A DNA stretch of 64,000 nt from Candidatus Kapaibacteriota bacterium (GTDB lineage: Bacteria; Bacteroidota; Ignavibacteria; Kapaibacteriales; Kapaibacteriaceae). Each line of letters opens with the position of its first letter. The first letter of the stretch is position 1. This document shows positions 1-9,058 of this stretch, one piece after another. Under the pieces are notes generated by a model. It did not search any database, had not been told where the DNA came from, and was given only the letters and a program-made list of their open reading frames with translations. Location of the stretch: NCBI GenBank assembly GCA_046595995.1, contig JBKJNB010000072.1, positions 10,786 through 74,785 of the forward strand, in the 5' to 3' direction. Both the position numbers and the translations under genes were made by a program.

Positions 1-626
1 TACTCTAACAGTGACTGAAACACCGATGCCCAGTCACCTCTTATTGCCTGCCTGCATGCTTCTATGGCTTCTGTCGTTGCATCACCCTTTGGAAAAAACC
101 GGGTGCTCATACGTATATGGCCGAGCTTCGCAGAGTGCACGTACGTCACTTCACCCTTGTATCCGATAACTGTCTCGGTACTGCCACCGCCGATGTCGAG
201 AACGAGTGTTGGCTTCGAATGAATGGGCAAAGCATGCAGCGCGCCGAGGTAGATGAGGCGACCTTCCTCCATTCCACTCACAACTTCAATGGTAATGCCT
301 GTCTCGTCGAGAACGCGGTCGAGAAAGTCATCTTTGTTAAGCGCCTCGCGAACTGCACTTGTAGCAACAGCGCGAACAAATGCCTGATGCTGTTTTGCTT
401 CGGTAGCAAAGCGCTTTAGCGTTGTAAGTCCGCGCGTCATGGCGTCAGCCGACAACTTCTTCATGTCACCGCCCGCCGAACCTAGGCGTACCGTCTCTTT
501 GCTACGCGCATGAATGCGCAGTACACCACGTGTGGTAACACTCGCCACAACCATGTGAAACGAGTTTGTACCTACGTCGATAGCAGCGATGAGTAGGTTG
601 TTGGGCTTTGCGCCTTGTTCGGACAT
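1..626 (-). CDS. ppx: Ppx/GppA family exopolyphosphatase, 5' part (runs off the left edge; absent from the ORF track)
   Basis: Manual translation from ATG at 626: MSEQGAKPNNLLIAAIDVGTNSFHMVV...KETVRLG...VATSAVREALN...VVSGMEEGRLIYLG...VLDIGGGSTE. These are the canonical Ppx/GppA motifs. Confidence 0.93.
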   Translation of the reverse strand, partial: MSEQGAKPNNLLIAAIDVGTNSFHMVVASVTTRGVLRIHARSKETVRLGSAGGDMKKLSADAMTRGLTTLKRFATEAKQHQAFVRAVATSAVREALNKDDFLDRVLDETGITIEVVSGMEEGRLIYLGALHALPIHSKPTLVLDIGGGSTETVIGYKGEVTYVHSAKLGHIRMSTRFFPKGDATTEAIEACRQAIRGDWASVFQSLLE

Positions 627-630
627 GGTT

Positions 631-638
631 CGAAAATA
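631..638 (-). promoter_or_regulatory. Putative -7 promoter element TATTTTCG for ppx
   Basis: Variant of the Bacteroidota TAnnTTTG element, 4 nt before the ppx ATG; no SD sequence. Confidence 0.55.
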
Positions 639-663
639 CGAGGAGCGTAGACTCCGCGCTCAG

Positions 664-671
664 TATGTTTG
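664..671 (+). promoter_or_regulatory. Putative -7 promoter element TATGTTTG
   Basis: Exact TAnnTTTG match 4 nt before ATG 676; divergent from the ppx element. Confidence 0.6.
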
Positions 672-675
672 ACCA

Positions 676-789
676 ATGCAGCGATACTTTATTCTTTTCA
701 TGTTGGTCGTGGTTGGCCTCGTTTTCGCCTCCTTCATCGTGAAGGGCTTTCTTAGGCGCATGTTTGGTCCCCCACCGGACGATAAATGA
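676..789 (+). CDS. 37-aa single-transmembrane microprotein (not in the ORF track)
   Basis: MQRYFILFMLVVVGLVFASFIVKGFLRRMFGPPPDDK*: one hydrophobic helix followed by basic residues. Its TGA overlaps the next ATG (ATGA, 786-789), and a promoter element lies just upstream. Confidence 0.65.
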   Translation: MQRYFILFMLVVVGLVFASFIVKGFLRRMFGPPPDDK

Positions 790-1940
790 CAACACGCAGA
801 TTCATTTTTCTCGACGTCCTCCGCGGCATCGCCGTGCTTTGGATGATTCAGACGCATGTCACGAATCAGATTCTCGACCCCGCATTGCGGAACACGACCT
901 GGTTTCACATGCTGAATATCTCTAACGGCTTTGTTGCGCCGTGCTTCATCTTTTGTGCGGGTGCTGGACTGTGGATAGCCCTGTCTCGCAAGGGCGAAGC
1001 GTATTTGGAAAAGGGGCGCGGACTAGGGGTCTATCTACGACGACTCGCATACATCCTATTCTGGGCGTACCTCATGCACGTGCCGGTGTTTTCCCTGCAA
1101 TGGTTGCTTGGTGCATCGGCAGAACAGCTAACACCGTGGATGATGATTGACGTGCTGCAGACCATCGTGTACTCGTCACTCGTAACGCTCGCCGTATTCC
1201 TACTGCTGCGCAACCTAGCTGTGGCTGCATGGACTCTCGGCACATTGTCGGTGGCGATCATGTGTTGTACGTTGTTTGTGTGGCAGACGCAGCCCCTTAC
1301 CTACATGCCGCTTCCACTTGCAGTGGTAATTACTCCAGACATATCGCCGTTTCCTCTACTGCCATGGAGCTGCTATTTCTTCGCGGGCTTCTTCATAACG
1401 CATCTGTTCATGCAAGCGCAAAATCAGCGGCGCGTCGCAAAATGGTTTCTGCTTGGTGGCATCGCCCTACCGTTTGTGTTGTTTATACTCAAGGACGCTT
1501 TCTACACCCCCTGGAACGATACGTGGTGGAGTACATCTCCGCAGTTGGCCTTGTTTAGGATTAGTGCCAGCGTTGCTCTGTGGGGACTTCTATTCCTGAA
1601 CGAAGAGCGTCTGCAAGCGAGCACCGTAGGCAAGCTCATGCAGACCATTGGTGCCGAGTCATTGTTTATGTATTTATCGCACGCAGCCATTGTGTACGGT
1701 GCGCTTTCAGAGCTAACGACCGTTATCTCGGGTTATCCAACCACGACTTACGCAGGAGTAGCGTTCACCGTTGTGTTGCTCACCACTCCACTTGTGCTCA
1801 TGATGTTGTGGTGGCATGGACTTAAGAAAAATAAGCCCGTTCTCGCACGGCGCCTTCTTATTGTTCAGGTGGCCTGGATGATTATCTCGCTCGCAGTTAC
1901 TCCTGCGGAGTTTGCATTGCGAGAACTGCTTGGCAAGTGA
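786..1940 (+). CDS. DUF1624 / HGSNAT-like multipass membrane acyltransferase-family protein
   Basis: N-terminal RFIFLDVLRGIAVLWMIQTH motif, FPLLPW and YLSH motifs, about 10 TM segments. Confidence 0.75.
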   Translation: MTTRRFIFLDVLRGIAVLWMIQTHVTNQILDPALRNTTWFHMLNISNGFVAPCFIFCAGAGLWIALSRKGEAYLEKGRGLGVYLRRLAYILFWAYLMHVPVFSLQWLLGASAEQLTPWMMIDVLQTIVYSSLVTLAVFLLLRNLAVAAWTLGTLSVAIMCCTLFVWQTQPLTYMPLPLAVVITPDISPFPLLPWSCYFFAGFFITHLFMQAQNQRRVAKWFLLGGIALPFVLFILKDAFYTPWNDTWWSTSPQLALFRISASVALWGLLFLNEERLQASTVGKLMQTIGAESLFMYLSHAAIVYGALSELTTVISGYPTTTYAGVAFTVVLLTTPLVLMMLWWHGLKKNKPVLARRLLIVQVAWMIISLAVTPAEFALRELLGK

Positions 1941-1953
1941 GGCAAGTACGTTG

Positions 1954-2017
1954 TGGTTTGGTTCGCTCTTCGCGAACCTAAAACCAACAAGGGCAGGGCT
2001 TTTGGCCCCACCCTTGT
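1954..2017. terminator. Two adjacent hairpins between convergent genes (likely bidirectional terminator)
   Basis: tggtttGGTTCGC-tcttc-GCGAACCtaaaacca (1954-1986) and ACAAGGGcagggc-tttt-ggccccaCCCTTGT (1987-2017). Confidence 0.6.
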
Positions 2018-2042
2018 GGTCGTTCTGTTCACGATGCAGGTT

Positions 2043-5000
2043 TTAACGCGTAACTGTTACCGGGATGGTTACAATGCCGCGCGTTCCGCTGATCGCCATG
2101 TAGTATACACCGCTTGCTAGGTCGCTTGTGATGAGTGTGAACTCATAGAAGCCCTTGCCGTGGCGTTCGTTTGCGATGAATGTAGACGTCATTGCACCGG
2201 TTGCGTCGATAACGCGAATGGTAATGACATCATCGTTCTTCACTTCATAACGAATTGTCGTTGCATCGGATGTTGGGTTCGGATATGCTCCGCCCGTGAT
2301 GCCGATTGTTGCTGTTTCTTCTTCAACGCTTACAACTGGTTGAGCTCTGTATTCTGCGTTCACCGGATCGTACTGCGCCCATGGCATGTCCCAACGTTGC
2401 ATACCAAATGCACCACGGAACGCAACGCGTTCGAAGTATGTGTCGCTGGCAGTGCCTTCGAATGCAGCTCCGGCTGCAAGTGTCGAGACTGACTTCAGTG
2501 CTGGGTTGAATTCTACACCAGATCCAAAAGCGTTTTCGAGCATTGCGCCGTTAGGTGATGACTTGTCGAGTGTGTTGTTGAAGCCCGCCTTTGCAAGCCA
2601 GTTAACATCGAGACCGACAGGTGGCGTACCACCAGCAAGATTTAGCCACGAGCCCTTAATGCCATACCAAGCGTTGTTGCGGATTTCGAGTGAATCGGCA
2701 AGTGCAGCTAGCATTGTTGGTGTTTGAGCGATTTCCATACCGCGCGGCCATCCGAGGAACACGGAGTTGTGTACGGACTGACGTGAGTTGCGACGGATTT
2801 GCATTGCAGCACCGAAGCGCGAGTTGTACTGGTTTGCACCAGACCCCGGGGTCCATGATGTGTCTTGTATCGGACCAACTGCTGTTACGTTAGAGAACAC
2901 AGCTGATGTGAACGGCTTGTTGTACGATGCTTGTGCGTCGTTATCCGATTCGAACGCCTGCGATGTCGAAGCATCGGCAACCGTACGGAACCTCTGCACG
3001 ACTGCGAACTGAACACGACCGCTGAAGCCGTTGTCTGTGTCGAAGTCATCGTCGAGCGTACCGACTGCAATTAAGTGACGAGCGTTTACCGTGCCACCAA
3101 ACCACTCATACGCGTCATCGTTACCGTATGAAACTTGCACGTTCTCGATCTTCGTACCACGCCCAACGCCACCCATTGTCAGACCGTTCAGCTCTGAGTT
3201 TGGTTGTGTTGCAATACCTGCGAATTCGATGCGAACATAGTTTAGAATACCGCTGTTGTCGTCATCATCGGTGCCGCCGTACCAGCCCTTGCCAGATGAT
3301 GAGGCCGATACGCCACCCTCAAGAGCCGCTTCACCAGCCGGCTGGTTAACACGAGCCTTGCCGCAGATTAGAATGCCACCCCAGTCACCGCGAGCGCGCT
3401 GACCAGCAGTTGCACGACTAGTGAAGACGATTGGCAGTGCGGCTGTACCGTTTGCAAGAAGCTTGCCACCCCGGTTGATAACCAATGCTGAGTTATCGCC
3501 AGGATTTCCACCAAGAATGATCGTACCCTCTTGAATCTCAAGCGTCGCACCATCATTAACGTAGACGTAACCATTCAGGCAGTAAATCTGCGAGTTGCGC
3601 AGGTAAATACGTCCGTTGATTTCGCCGCTTATCGTAGAGTCACACGTTGCAGGTGTTGGCGCTGTAATGGTGAAGGCCTGATCGTTGACGTCTGTCTTCG
3701 TTGTGTCAGACAACAACGTCATGCGGACGTAACCTGTGGTCGTTACTTGGTTCGGACGGAATACGATGCCAGCAAGAAACTGACCGCGGCGTGTTGCCGA
3801 GTCGAGCACATTGCTAAGACCTGGTAGTGGCGACCACGGACCAGTTGGAGACATACCGAATTCGAAGCGGAAGCGCTTGCGGAACGTGTTTGTTGTATCC
3901 CAACGAACGTCAACCGACTGTCCGACGCGGAACGTGCGATTGCTTCCACCTGGCTCGATAAGTCGAACGACCGGAGTGGTATCTGCTGGTGCAGCGATTA
4001 CAAACGGGAAGTCTGTTACATCGAAATTCGACGGGTCGCTAACAAGCGACATCCGAATGTAGCCTGTCGTTGTTGGAGTGTTCGGCACCGTGAAGCCATC
4101 TACAAGCTGACCGCGCGTAGCGCTGGCATCTGTGACGTCGGAAGCACCAGCAATGGCTACCCAAGGGCCAACAGGCGAGGCACCAAACTCAAATTTGTAG
4201 TGATTGCCCGAAGCACCAGCGGTGTCCCACTTTAGAGTGACCTTCTGCCCAACAGTAAATGTTTGTCCGAGGATCTCACCTGGTGCAACCATACGAAGCA
4301 CCACACTAGCACGGTAAGCCGCATTAATTGGGTCGTACTCGGCCCATGTCGCATCCCAACGCGGCTCCACTGCAGAGAAGGCGCCGCGATAGTCAACTTG
4401 GGTAAAGAATGCATCGTTGATTGGTGCGAGAGCCGTACCTACCCACGCTGCTGCGTTTAGGTAAGGGGCTACGATCGTCGGACGTGCATCGAACGATGCG
4501 TCTGTTGCCCATGCGTTTACAAGTGAAGCATTGTTAGGATTGCCCTTGTCAATGTTGTTGTTGAACGCTGCAGTAGCAAGCCAATTAGCATCCATACCAG
4601 CAGGTGGTGTACCACCAGCAAGTGTTAGCGTAGCATTCTTAACACCGAACCAACTGATGTTGCGAAGACGCAGCGAGTCGTTGTACGCAGCGACCATCGT
4701 TGGTGTTTGCGCAATCTCAAATCCGCGTGGCCATCCAACAAATACTGTGTTAAAGATGCTTACACGAGCACTGCGACGAATCTGTGCAGCAGCGCCATAC
4801 CGCGAGTTGTACTGGTTAACATCAGAACCTGCTGTCCAAGAGGTATCGGCGAGTGGACCGATTGCTGTAATGTTCGAGAAGACTGCTTGTGTGCGCGGGT
4901 TGAGGTACGAACCCTGAGCGTCGTTATCCATTTCGAATGCTTGCGATGTTGAAACATCGGCAACAGTACGGAAACGCTTTACGAGTCCGAACTGCACCTT

Positions 5001-6038
5001 GCCGCTCCAACCGTTATCGCCATCGAAGTCATCATCGAGTGTACCATAAGTGATAAGGTGCTTGGCGTTAACCGTGCCACCAAACCACTCGAATGCATCG
5101 TCGTTACCGTACGATACCTGAATGTAGTCGAGTATTGTGCGACGTCCAAGGCCGCCCATCGTCAGACCGTTGAGCTCAGAGTTCGGCTGAGTTGCGATAC
5201 CAGCAAACTCGATGCGGACGTAACGTAGTGACCCGCTTGAATCGTCGTCATCGGTGCCACCATACCAGCCCTTGCCACCTGCAGTTGCTTCAGCAACTCC
5301 ACCTTCAAGTGCTGCTTGTCCGGCCACCTGGTTTACGCGTGCTTTGCCACACATCAGAATACCACCCCAGTCACCACGAGCGCGCTGACCTGGTGCCGCA
5401 CGGCTTGTGAAGATGATTGGACGTTGCTGAGTACCGTCCGCAATAAGCCTACCACCACGATTGATGATTAGCGCAGAGTTGTTACCCGGAACGTCGCCAA
5501 CAATAATTGTACCAGCGTCGATAATTAGCTGACCACCGTCGTTAACGTAAACGTAACCTTGTAGACCGTAAATTTTGTTAGCGAGTAGACGAACAGTGCC
5601 AGTGATTTCTCCGGTTAGGATGGAATCGGGTGCAATTGTTTGTGGTGTTTCAATTGTGAATGGGTTGTCGGAGATGTCATAGACTGCTGGGTCAGCAATC
5701 AATTCCATCTTGATGTAGCCCGATGTTGTACCCGTTGATGGTACACGCCAGCCGCCCGTTGTTGGAACCGACTGACCGCGGAATCCGCCCGAATCGAGGA
5801 CGTTTGCAGCGCCAGCGCCTGTTAAGGCGGTCCACGGACCCGCTACAGACGTGCCAAAGAGGAAGCGCCAACGAGCCCGAAACGTGCCCGCAGTGTCCCA
5901 GCGAAATTCTTGTGTCGATCCCGGACGAAATGTTTGACCGCCGTTAGGATACGTTAGGTTAACTGTCGTAGGATTTTGAGCCAGCATGGTGAGGCAGCTC
6001 ATCATGAGGATGCAAACGGCGTAAAGCATACGTTGCAT
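2043..6038 (-). CDS. T9SS type A cargo: Ig-like / beta-helix-like / Ig-like x2 / beta-helix-like / CTD
   Basis: Likely start ATG 6038 (GGAG upstream, signal peptide ending A-Q). Two copies of GDWGGI..CGKARVNQ...YVRIEFAGIATQPNSELNGLTMGG...DDAF/YEWFGGTVNA...DDDFD. Three P.G..F..G......WDT Ig-like modules. C-terminal AYPNP...LASGVYY sorting domain. Confidence 0.85.
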   Translation of the reverse strand: MQRMLYAVCILMMSCLTMLAQNPTTVNLTYPNGGQTFRPGSTQEFRWDTAGTFRARWRFLFGTSVAGPWTALTGAGAANVLDSGGFRGQSVPTTGGWRVPSTGTTSGYIKMELIADPAVYDISDNPFTIETPQTIAPDSILTGEITGTVRLLANKIYGLQGYVYVNDGGQLIIDAGTIIVGDVPGNNSALIINRGGRLIADGTQQRPIIFTSRAAPGQRARGDWGGILMCGKARVNQVAGQAALEGGVAEATAGGKGWYGGTDDDDSSGSLRYVRIEFAGIATQPNSELNGLTMGGLGRRTILDYIQVSYGNDDAFEWFGGTVNAKHLITYGTLDDDFDGDNGWSGKVQFGLVKRFRTVADVSTSQAFEMDNDAQGSYLNPRTQAVFSNITAIGPLADTSWTAGSDVNQYNSRYGAAAQIRRSARVSIFNTVFVGWPRGFEIAQTPTMVAAYNDSLRLRNISWFGVKNATLTLAGGTPPAGMDANWLATAAFNNNIDKGNPNNASLVNAWATDASFDARPTIVAPYLNAAAWVGTALAPINDAFFTQVDYRGAFSAVEPRWDATWAEYDPINAAYRASVVLRMVAPGEILGQTFTVGQKVTLKWDTAGASGNHYKFEFGASPVGPWVAIAGASDVTDASATRGQLVDGFTVPNTPTTTGYIRMSLVSDPSNFDVTDFPFVIAAPADTTPVVRLIEPGGSNRTFRVGQSVDVRWDTTNTFRKRFRFEFGMSPTGPWSPLPGLSNVLDSATRRGQFLAGIVFRPNQVTTTGYVRMTLLSDTTKTDVNDQAFTITAPTPATCDSTISGEINGRIYLRNSQIYCLNGYVYVNDGATLEIQEGTIILGGNPGDNSALVINRGGKLLANGTAALPIVFTSRATAGQRARGDWGGILICGKARVNQPAGEAALEGGVSASSSGKGWYGGTDDDDNSGILNYVRIEFAGIATQPNSELNGLTMGGVGRGTKIENVQVSYGNDDAYEWFGGTVNARHLIAVGTLDDDFDTDNGFSGRVQFAVVQRFRTVADASTSQAFESDNDAQASYNKPFTSAVFSNVTAVGPIQDTSWTPGSGANQYNSRFGAAMQIRRNSRQSVHNSVFLGWPRGMEIAQTPTMLAALADSLEIRNNAWYGIKGSWLNLAGGTPPVGLDVNWLAKAGFNNTLDKSSPNGAMLENAFGSGVEFNPALKSVSTLAAGAAFEGTASDTYFERVAFRGAFGMQRWDMPWAQYDPVNAEYRAQPVVSVEEETATIGITGGAYPNPTSDATTIRYEVKNDDVITIRVIDATGAMTSTFIANERHGKGFYEFTLITSDLASGVYYMAISGTRGIVTIPVTVTR

Positions 6039-6074
6039 TGGTTTCTCCGAGGGTGATGAATTTAATTGCAAGTG

Positions 6075-8939
6075 TTACTGGAGTTTGTATCCGAAGCCGA
6101 GCGTTAGGCCCATGCCGCGGATATTCGATTGGATTAGCGCGCCATTCTGCTCCCACACAAGGGGTTGGTTAAGCAGATCGCGGATGCCAAGCTTCACTTC
6201 GAAGGCTTCGCCTATTGGTTGGATTACCGAGAAGTCGATGATGTCGCGAGGCAGTTCGTACACGTGCGGGTCGCCTTGGAACACACCAACAAGATTTACC
6301 TGAATAATGCGACGTCCAGACGTGTTATAGCCTAGTGTGATGGCAGTGCGAGTGTCTGGATTGACGTAGGCTAGCGAAGCATTAACGGTGTACGGACTTT
6401 GTCCCCACATCGAACGCGAATCCTTAACACCAGCTTGTTCGACTGTGATGTCCGAAGCGATGAGCGCTCCGTTGAACGACACCATAAAGAACTGCAGTGG
6501 AGAAGCGATAAAACCAAGTGACTTGCGAATCTCGAGCTCAACACCAACGTTGTTCGCTAGTCCGTTTGCATTGCCGAACGAGCGCACAATCTCTGACTGT
6601 TGCGGGAAGATTGTTTCTTCGATTGCGTCTGTGAACTGCTTGTAGAAGCCGCTAAGTGACAATACTTCGCCCGGACCCGTGAAGTACTCGAAGCGCAAAT
6701 CAAAATTCTTGATAAGCGCGCGCTTCAGATTCGGGTTACCAGCAATCGTCGCCTGCTGTTGGAAGTCGTAGAATTGGAATGGGGCGTATTCGCGCAATGA
6801 CGGACGCGCAAGGGTCTGCGAAGCGCCAAGGCGAATGTTGAATGATTCGTTTGGCTTGATTATCAGGTTTATGGCAGGAAGCACGTCGAGTAAATCTTGA
6901 TCCACGCGTACACGTTCATCCGTTACAGTAAAGCTGTTCAGCTCTTGAATGCTCTTCTCCAAACGTGCACCAGTGATTAGGCGCATTTCCAATCCAGCGA
7001 CGTCAAAGGGCAGATCGATCATCGCATAACCCGCGACAAGATTCTCTAGTGCATCGTACTGGTCGGCGAGTTTCGAGTCTTCAGAATAGCTTAGGCGTTG
7101 CTTTGCGACGCTGTAGTTCGAGTCGGCAAACATCGGACGCAGATCTGGGATTGCGTCGCTGTCTGGAATTGTAAACACGTCAGACACATCGTTTTCAGCA
7201 CCCTGCACAATGGTGATTGAGCGTGCCTTAAATGTGCGCGAACGATTCTCGAGTAGACCACCGACCTTAACCTTGAACGTCGTAGTTACAGGGAGTGTAA
7301 AGTTGAGTCCGGCCGAGATGGCATCGTCATTCAGGTTCGAAAAGAAACGTCCGGCTCGCGATCCCGCACCTTGAGGACTTTGATCGAATTGTGCGAATAG
7401 AGGCTGCCCAGAGTCCGATGCGGAACGTTGGAATTGCAGACGTCGGAAATCGGGTTCATCGCGTTTTGAGTTCGAGTATCCGAATTTCCAATCGAGTAGC
7501 GCGTTGTTTGCCATCGCCAACGTATGCTCGCCACCCAGGGTACCCGCATACAACTGCTTTTGCACGTACTGAAAAGAGAACAACCGTTGTTCAGCGCTTT
7601 GTGTGAAGTTCTCGCCACTCAAATAGACATTCTCAATGTCAGCAGAGCGATTGAAAGCATTCTTAAAGCTGATGGTTGATGTTGTGCCAATGCGATACGC
7701 TACGTTCAGCAGTGCGCTCAAACTAACGGTGTGCGTGGAGGCGAATCCGCTGTACTTGTATAGGTAGTCCTCTGGGTTCGACAAAATGCCAGCGCGAATT
7801 ATACGATTGTTTTGCCATGAAGAGCCGTAATTCGCCGAAGCAACGAGACCTAGCTGATCGACTTCGCCCATCGCGAAGATGTCTGTGTAGGTAAGTGCGA
7901 AGCTTCCGTTCGGTGCAACTGTCTCAGTGCCTGTATTCCAATTGTTGTTTTGGAACTCGCGCCCAATGTTGTCGAGCTTACTGATTGCTGCAGCTTGCAA
8001 AGCAGGGTCGCTGTTATTCTTTACATCGCGCAACAACTGATTCATTTCAAGACGATCAGTCGGAAAACCCGACGGTAGTGAACGGCTGCCGTCATCAACA
8101 CCCATCCAGTCGGTGCCGCCACCTGCAGTGTTCATGAATCCGTTGCCCTTGAACGTAACGTAGTCGTTGAAGCCCTGCGATGCAGACAACTTTAGACTTG
8201 TACCGAGTGGAAAATCGATAGTGTTAAGCTGTACCAAACCGCCTGCAAAGTTGCCAGGCAGGTCTGGGGTGAATGACTTAATGATGTTTGCATTCTCGAG
8301 CAACTCGCTCGGAAACATGTCAAACGCAAATGACTTTTTGTCGGGCTCTGTTGACGTAAGCGCCGAGCCATTCAACGTTGTGTTGCTGTAACGGTCGCTC
8401 GTGCCACGCACGAATACATACTTGCCTTCTACGAGCGTAACGCCAGACACACGCTTTAGCGCCTGACCTGCATCACCGTCGGAGAGCTTTGATATTTCTT
8501 CGCGTCCGATGCCGTCGCTTACTTGCGATGCATTCTTACGCGCTGCCAGTAGCGCTGCTGCGTTGTCGTTCGTACGTTCGGCTTCGACAACGATGACTGG
8601 ACCGCCAGACTTTACTAGCGACAGTACAACATCTGTTGTTACTGGCTTTCCGCTAACAACAACGTTGACGAGTGTACGTGGTTCGTATCCGACGTAGCTA
8701 ATGCGAACCGTGTATGAACCATCAGCAATCTTAGTGATGCGATACATACCCTTGGTATCGGAGTATGCACCCTTCTTTGTTTCAACGACTAACACAGATG
8801 CGCCGCGTAAGGCCTCACCCGTTTCTCCGTCAGTTATCTTGCCAGTTATGATACCGTCTTGAGCGAACGCGATTGCCGAACTGAAAATGAGAGTCAGCCA
8901 TACAATCAACATTCGGATGTTGTTTTTTACACTTGTCAC
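6075..8939 (-). CDS. TonB-dependent receptor with N-terminal carboxypeptidase-regulatory-like domain
   Basis: Signal peptide; ITGKITDGETGEALRGASV domain; plug (ALKRVSGVT...VRG..DRY); GNPNLK and NFDLRFEYF motifs; terminal beta-strand LGFGYKLQ. Confidence 0.92.
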   Translation of the reverse strand: MTSVKNNIRMLIVWLTLIFSSAIAFAQDGIITGKITDGETGEALRGASVLVVETKKGAYSDTKGMYRITKIADGSYTVRISYVGYEPRTLVNVVVSGKPVTTDVVLSLVKSGGPVIVVEAERTNDNAAALLAARKNASQVSDGIGREEISKLSDGDAGQALKRVSGVTLVEGKYVFVRGTSDRYSNTTLNGSALTSTEPDKKSFAFDMFPSELLENANIIKSFTPDLPGNFAGGLVQLNTIDFPLGTSLKLSASQGFNDYVTFKGNGFMNTAGGGTDWMGVDDGSRSLPSGFPTDRLEMNQLLRDVKNNSDPALQAAAISKLDNIGREFQNNNWNTGTETVAPNGSFALTYTDIFAMGEVDQLGLVASANYGSSWQNNRIIRAGILSNPEDYLYKYSGFASTHTVSLSALLNVAYRIGTTSTISFKNAFNRSADIENVYLSGENFTQSAEQRLFSFQYVQKQLYAGTLGGEHTLAMANNALLDWKFGYSNSKRDEPDFRRLQFQRSASDSGQPLFAQFDQSPQGAGSRAGRFFSNLNDDAISAGLNFTLPVTTTFKVKVGGLLENRSRTFKARSITIVQGAENDVSDVFTIPDSDAIPDLRPMFADSNYSVAKQRLSYSEDSKLADQYDALENLVAGYAMIDLPFDVAGLEMRLITGARLEKSIQELNSFTVTDERVRVDQDLLDVLPAINLIIKPNESFNIRLGASQTLARPSLREYAPFQFYDFQQQATIAGNPNLKRALIKNFDLRFEYFTGPGEVLSLSGFYKQFTDAIEETIFPQQSEIVRSFGNANGLANNVGVELEIRKSLGFIASPLQFFMVSFNGALIASDITVEQAGVKDSRSMWGQSPYTVNASLAYVNPDTRTAITLGYNTSGRRIIQVNLVGVFQGDPHVYELPRDIIDFSVIQPIGEAFEVKLGIRDLLNQPLVWEQNGALIQSNIRGMGLTLGFGYKLQ

Positions 8940-8984
8940 AGAGTACCTCGAACGATGAGCGGAACGAATAGAACAGAACGTATA

Positions 8985-8992
8985 CGAAGCTA
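8985..8992 (-). promoter_or_regulatory. Putative -7 element TAGCTTCG for the TonB-receptor operon
   Basis: TAnnTTYG match about 45 nt upstream of the receptor start and immediately downstream of the repeat array. Confidence 0.5.
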
Positions 8993-9002
8993 TTGGTGGG
9001 CT

Positions 9003-9040
9003 GTAAGGCCAGTATTACGGGTGTGTTACCATAACGTAAA
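9003..9040 (-). promoter_or_regulatory. Pho-box-like array: four 5-bp half-sites with exact 11-bp period
   Basis: Minus strand TTTAC-gttatg-GTAAC-acaccc-GTAAT-actggc-CTTAC; the spacing is typical of OmpR/PhoB-family regulator sites. Confidence 0.6.
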
Positions 9041-9058
9041 CACACGAGCTAAGTCCTT

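Noticed and set aside
117-908. ORF-track entries 117..419(+), 502..795(-) and 660..908(-)
   Set aside because: Shadow frames of ppx, the 37-aa ORF and the DUF1624 gene
2300-5650. Duplicated domain as a possible DGR template/variable repeat pair
   Set aside because: Both copies are in frame within one protein, the differences look mainly synonymous rather than adenine-specific, and no reverse transcriptase is present in the window
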